A stretch of DNA of 63,721 nt, counting the filler, from Octopus bimaculoides (Eukaryota), in NCBI RefSeq assembly GCF_001194135.2. It is 6 parts of 5 records of this genome, joined end to end, with 100 filler letters (N's around TTAATTAATTAA, not from the genome) between each part and the next. Parts side by side here need not be neighbours in the genome. Positions count along the whole stretch, not along the records: positions 62,379 to 63,721 come from NC_068985.1; 5 more parts are not named here. One strand, written 5' to 3'. Every line of letters starts with the position of its first letter. The first letter of the stretch is position 1. A program made the position numbers and the translations under genes. Under the pieces are notes generated by a model. The model was not told the origin of the DNA and did not search any database. It worked only from the letters and a program-made list of their open reading frames with translations. Shown here in pieces: positions 62,666 through 63,721 of the stretch.

Positions 62666-63721
62666 ATTCCCTCTTCAGCTCCAATTTTTTATATTCGCAG
62701 TTTCCTTTTGGGAAACGGATTCCTTACAATCATGAAGGCCGGTAAATATATCACCATTAGGACTATACTTAAAATATAAATATTACGGTAAATTATTTTT
62801 TATAGAAAATATATTTTCATATCAAATATATAAATATATATCATAGAAAATTAATGATACTTCGAAAATACAAATATTTTCGTTGTATATTGTTTATCTG
62901 CTTACCAGTATTGTTAGGCAGACTTGTGACCAATTCTATCCTAAGCATCTCTATTCTATTATACTTTCAGGTACAATGTATTCAGTACACTACCTAATAT
63001 ATTCTTACTTTCTTTTAAATCTTTGTAGAATTATAGGGATGATTTGAGGGTATTTTGGCTGCTATCTATAGCGAACGTAATATAGCTTTATAATGATTGT
63101 AGTACTTCCGGACAGGTTATTTTAAAGCTAGTGTTACATTTGCCGCTAACAACCAGTTTCTTACTCATAAACATTCTTTTAAATCATCTTACTGAGAGAA
63201 GTTCTGTCACTGAAATTTAACCGACTTTTTTCAGTCACGTTGTTAGTGATTTCATCGAAAAATTTCAAACTTTATTTTCTACAATATCGCTGTAAACGCT
63301 ACATCATTTGTACAATGTGTGAAATATGCTATAAGTGTTGTCCAAATGATGTCAATATCAAGTTTAACAATCACCCAAGACTATGAATCCGCAACAAAAG
63401 AACTTCCATGAACGAAATTACCTACAAAATACCTCATAGTGTTTTATCATATATTGTGTGAGGATTTTGATTTGGAATGAATTTTTGGCTAATTTTCATG
63501 AGGTTAAATTGCGATAAGTAATGAAATAAAATGGTTAAAGAAATAAATTATATAATCTGTAACTAAAACGGACAGAGTGGTTTACATCACGTGTGTTTGA
63601 AAAACTGAAAACCGCGAAAAGCACTTATTCAAAAATTCTTTCAATTAGGTCTATTTTAAAACTGCTTTTCTAAAATAATCAACTAGTTTTTAATTTAATA
63701 AAATCTTCATTTATATATATG

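Overview
This is AT-rich, gap-ridden animal genomic DNA. The microsatellite load, SINE families and RTE LINEs point to a coleoid cephalopod, probably Octopus (inference). Most of the window is decayed mobile DNA: an LTR with a tRNA-Trp primer-binding site, RTE, RTE-BovB-like, CR1, Hero/R2-like and Penelope retroelements, piggyBac, Tc1 and Chapaev-like DNA transposon remnants, MITEs, three tRNA-derived SINE families and simple repeats. A + strand multi-exon gene runs through it. Its clearest exon (53235-53401) encodes the N-terminal half of an EHBP1-type calponin-homology domain. Further candidates are a phase-compatible exon at 52379-52445, unrecognised coding exons at 29225-29449 and 36580-36666, and an E-box/CCAAT promoter with a non-coding first exon near 22.1-22.3 kb. 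The most notable observation is a Penelope-like element whose inverted terminal repeat carries a tRNA-like Pol III promoter followed by a minimal hammerhead ribozyme (30523-30568); two more degenerate hammerheads lie elsewhere. No bacterial-type genes or CRISPR arrays were seen, and most ORF-track entries are microsatellite or gap artefacts. Repeat boundaries are read by eye and are approximate unless termini or TSDs are quoted.
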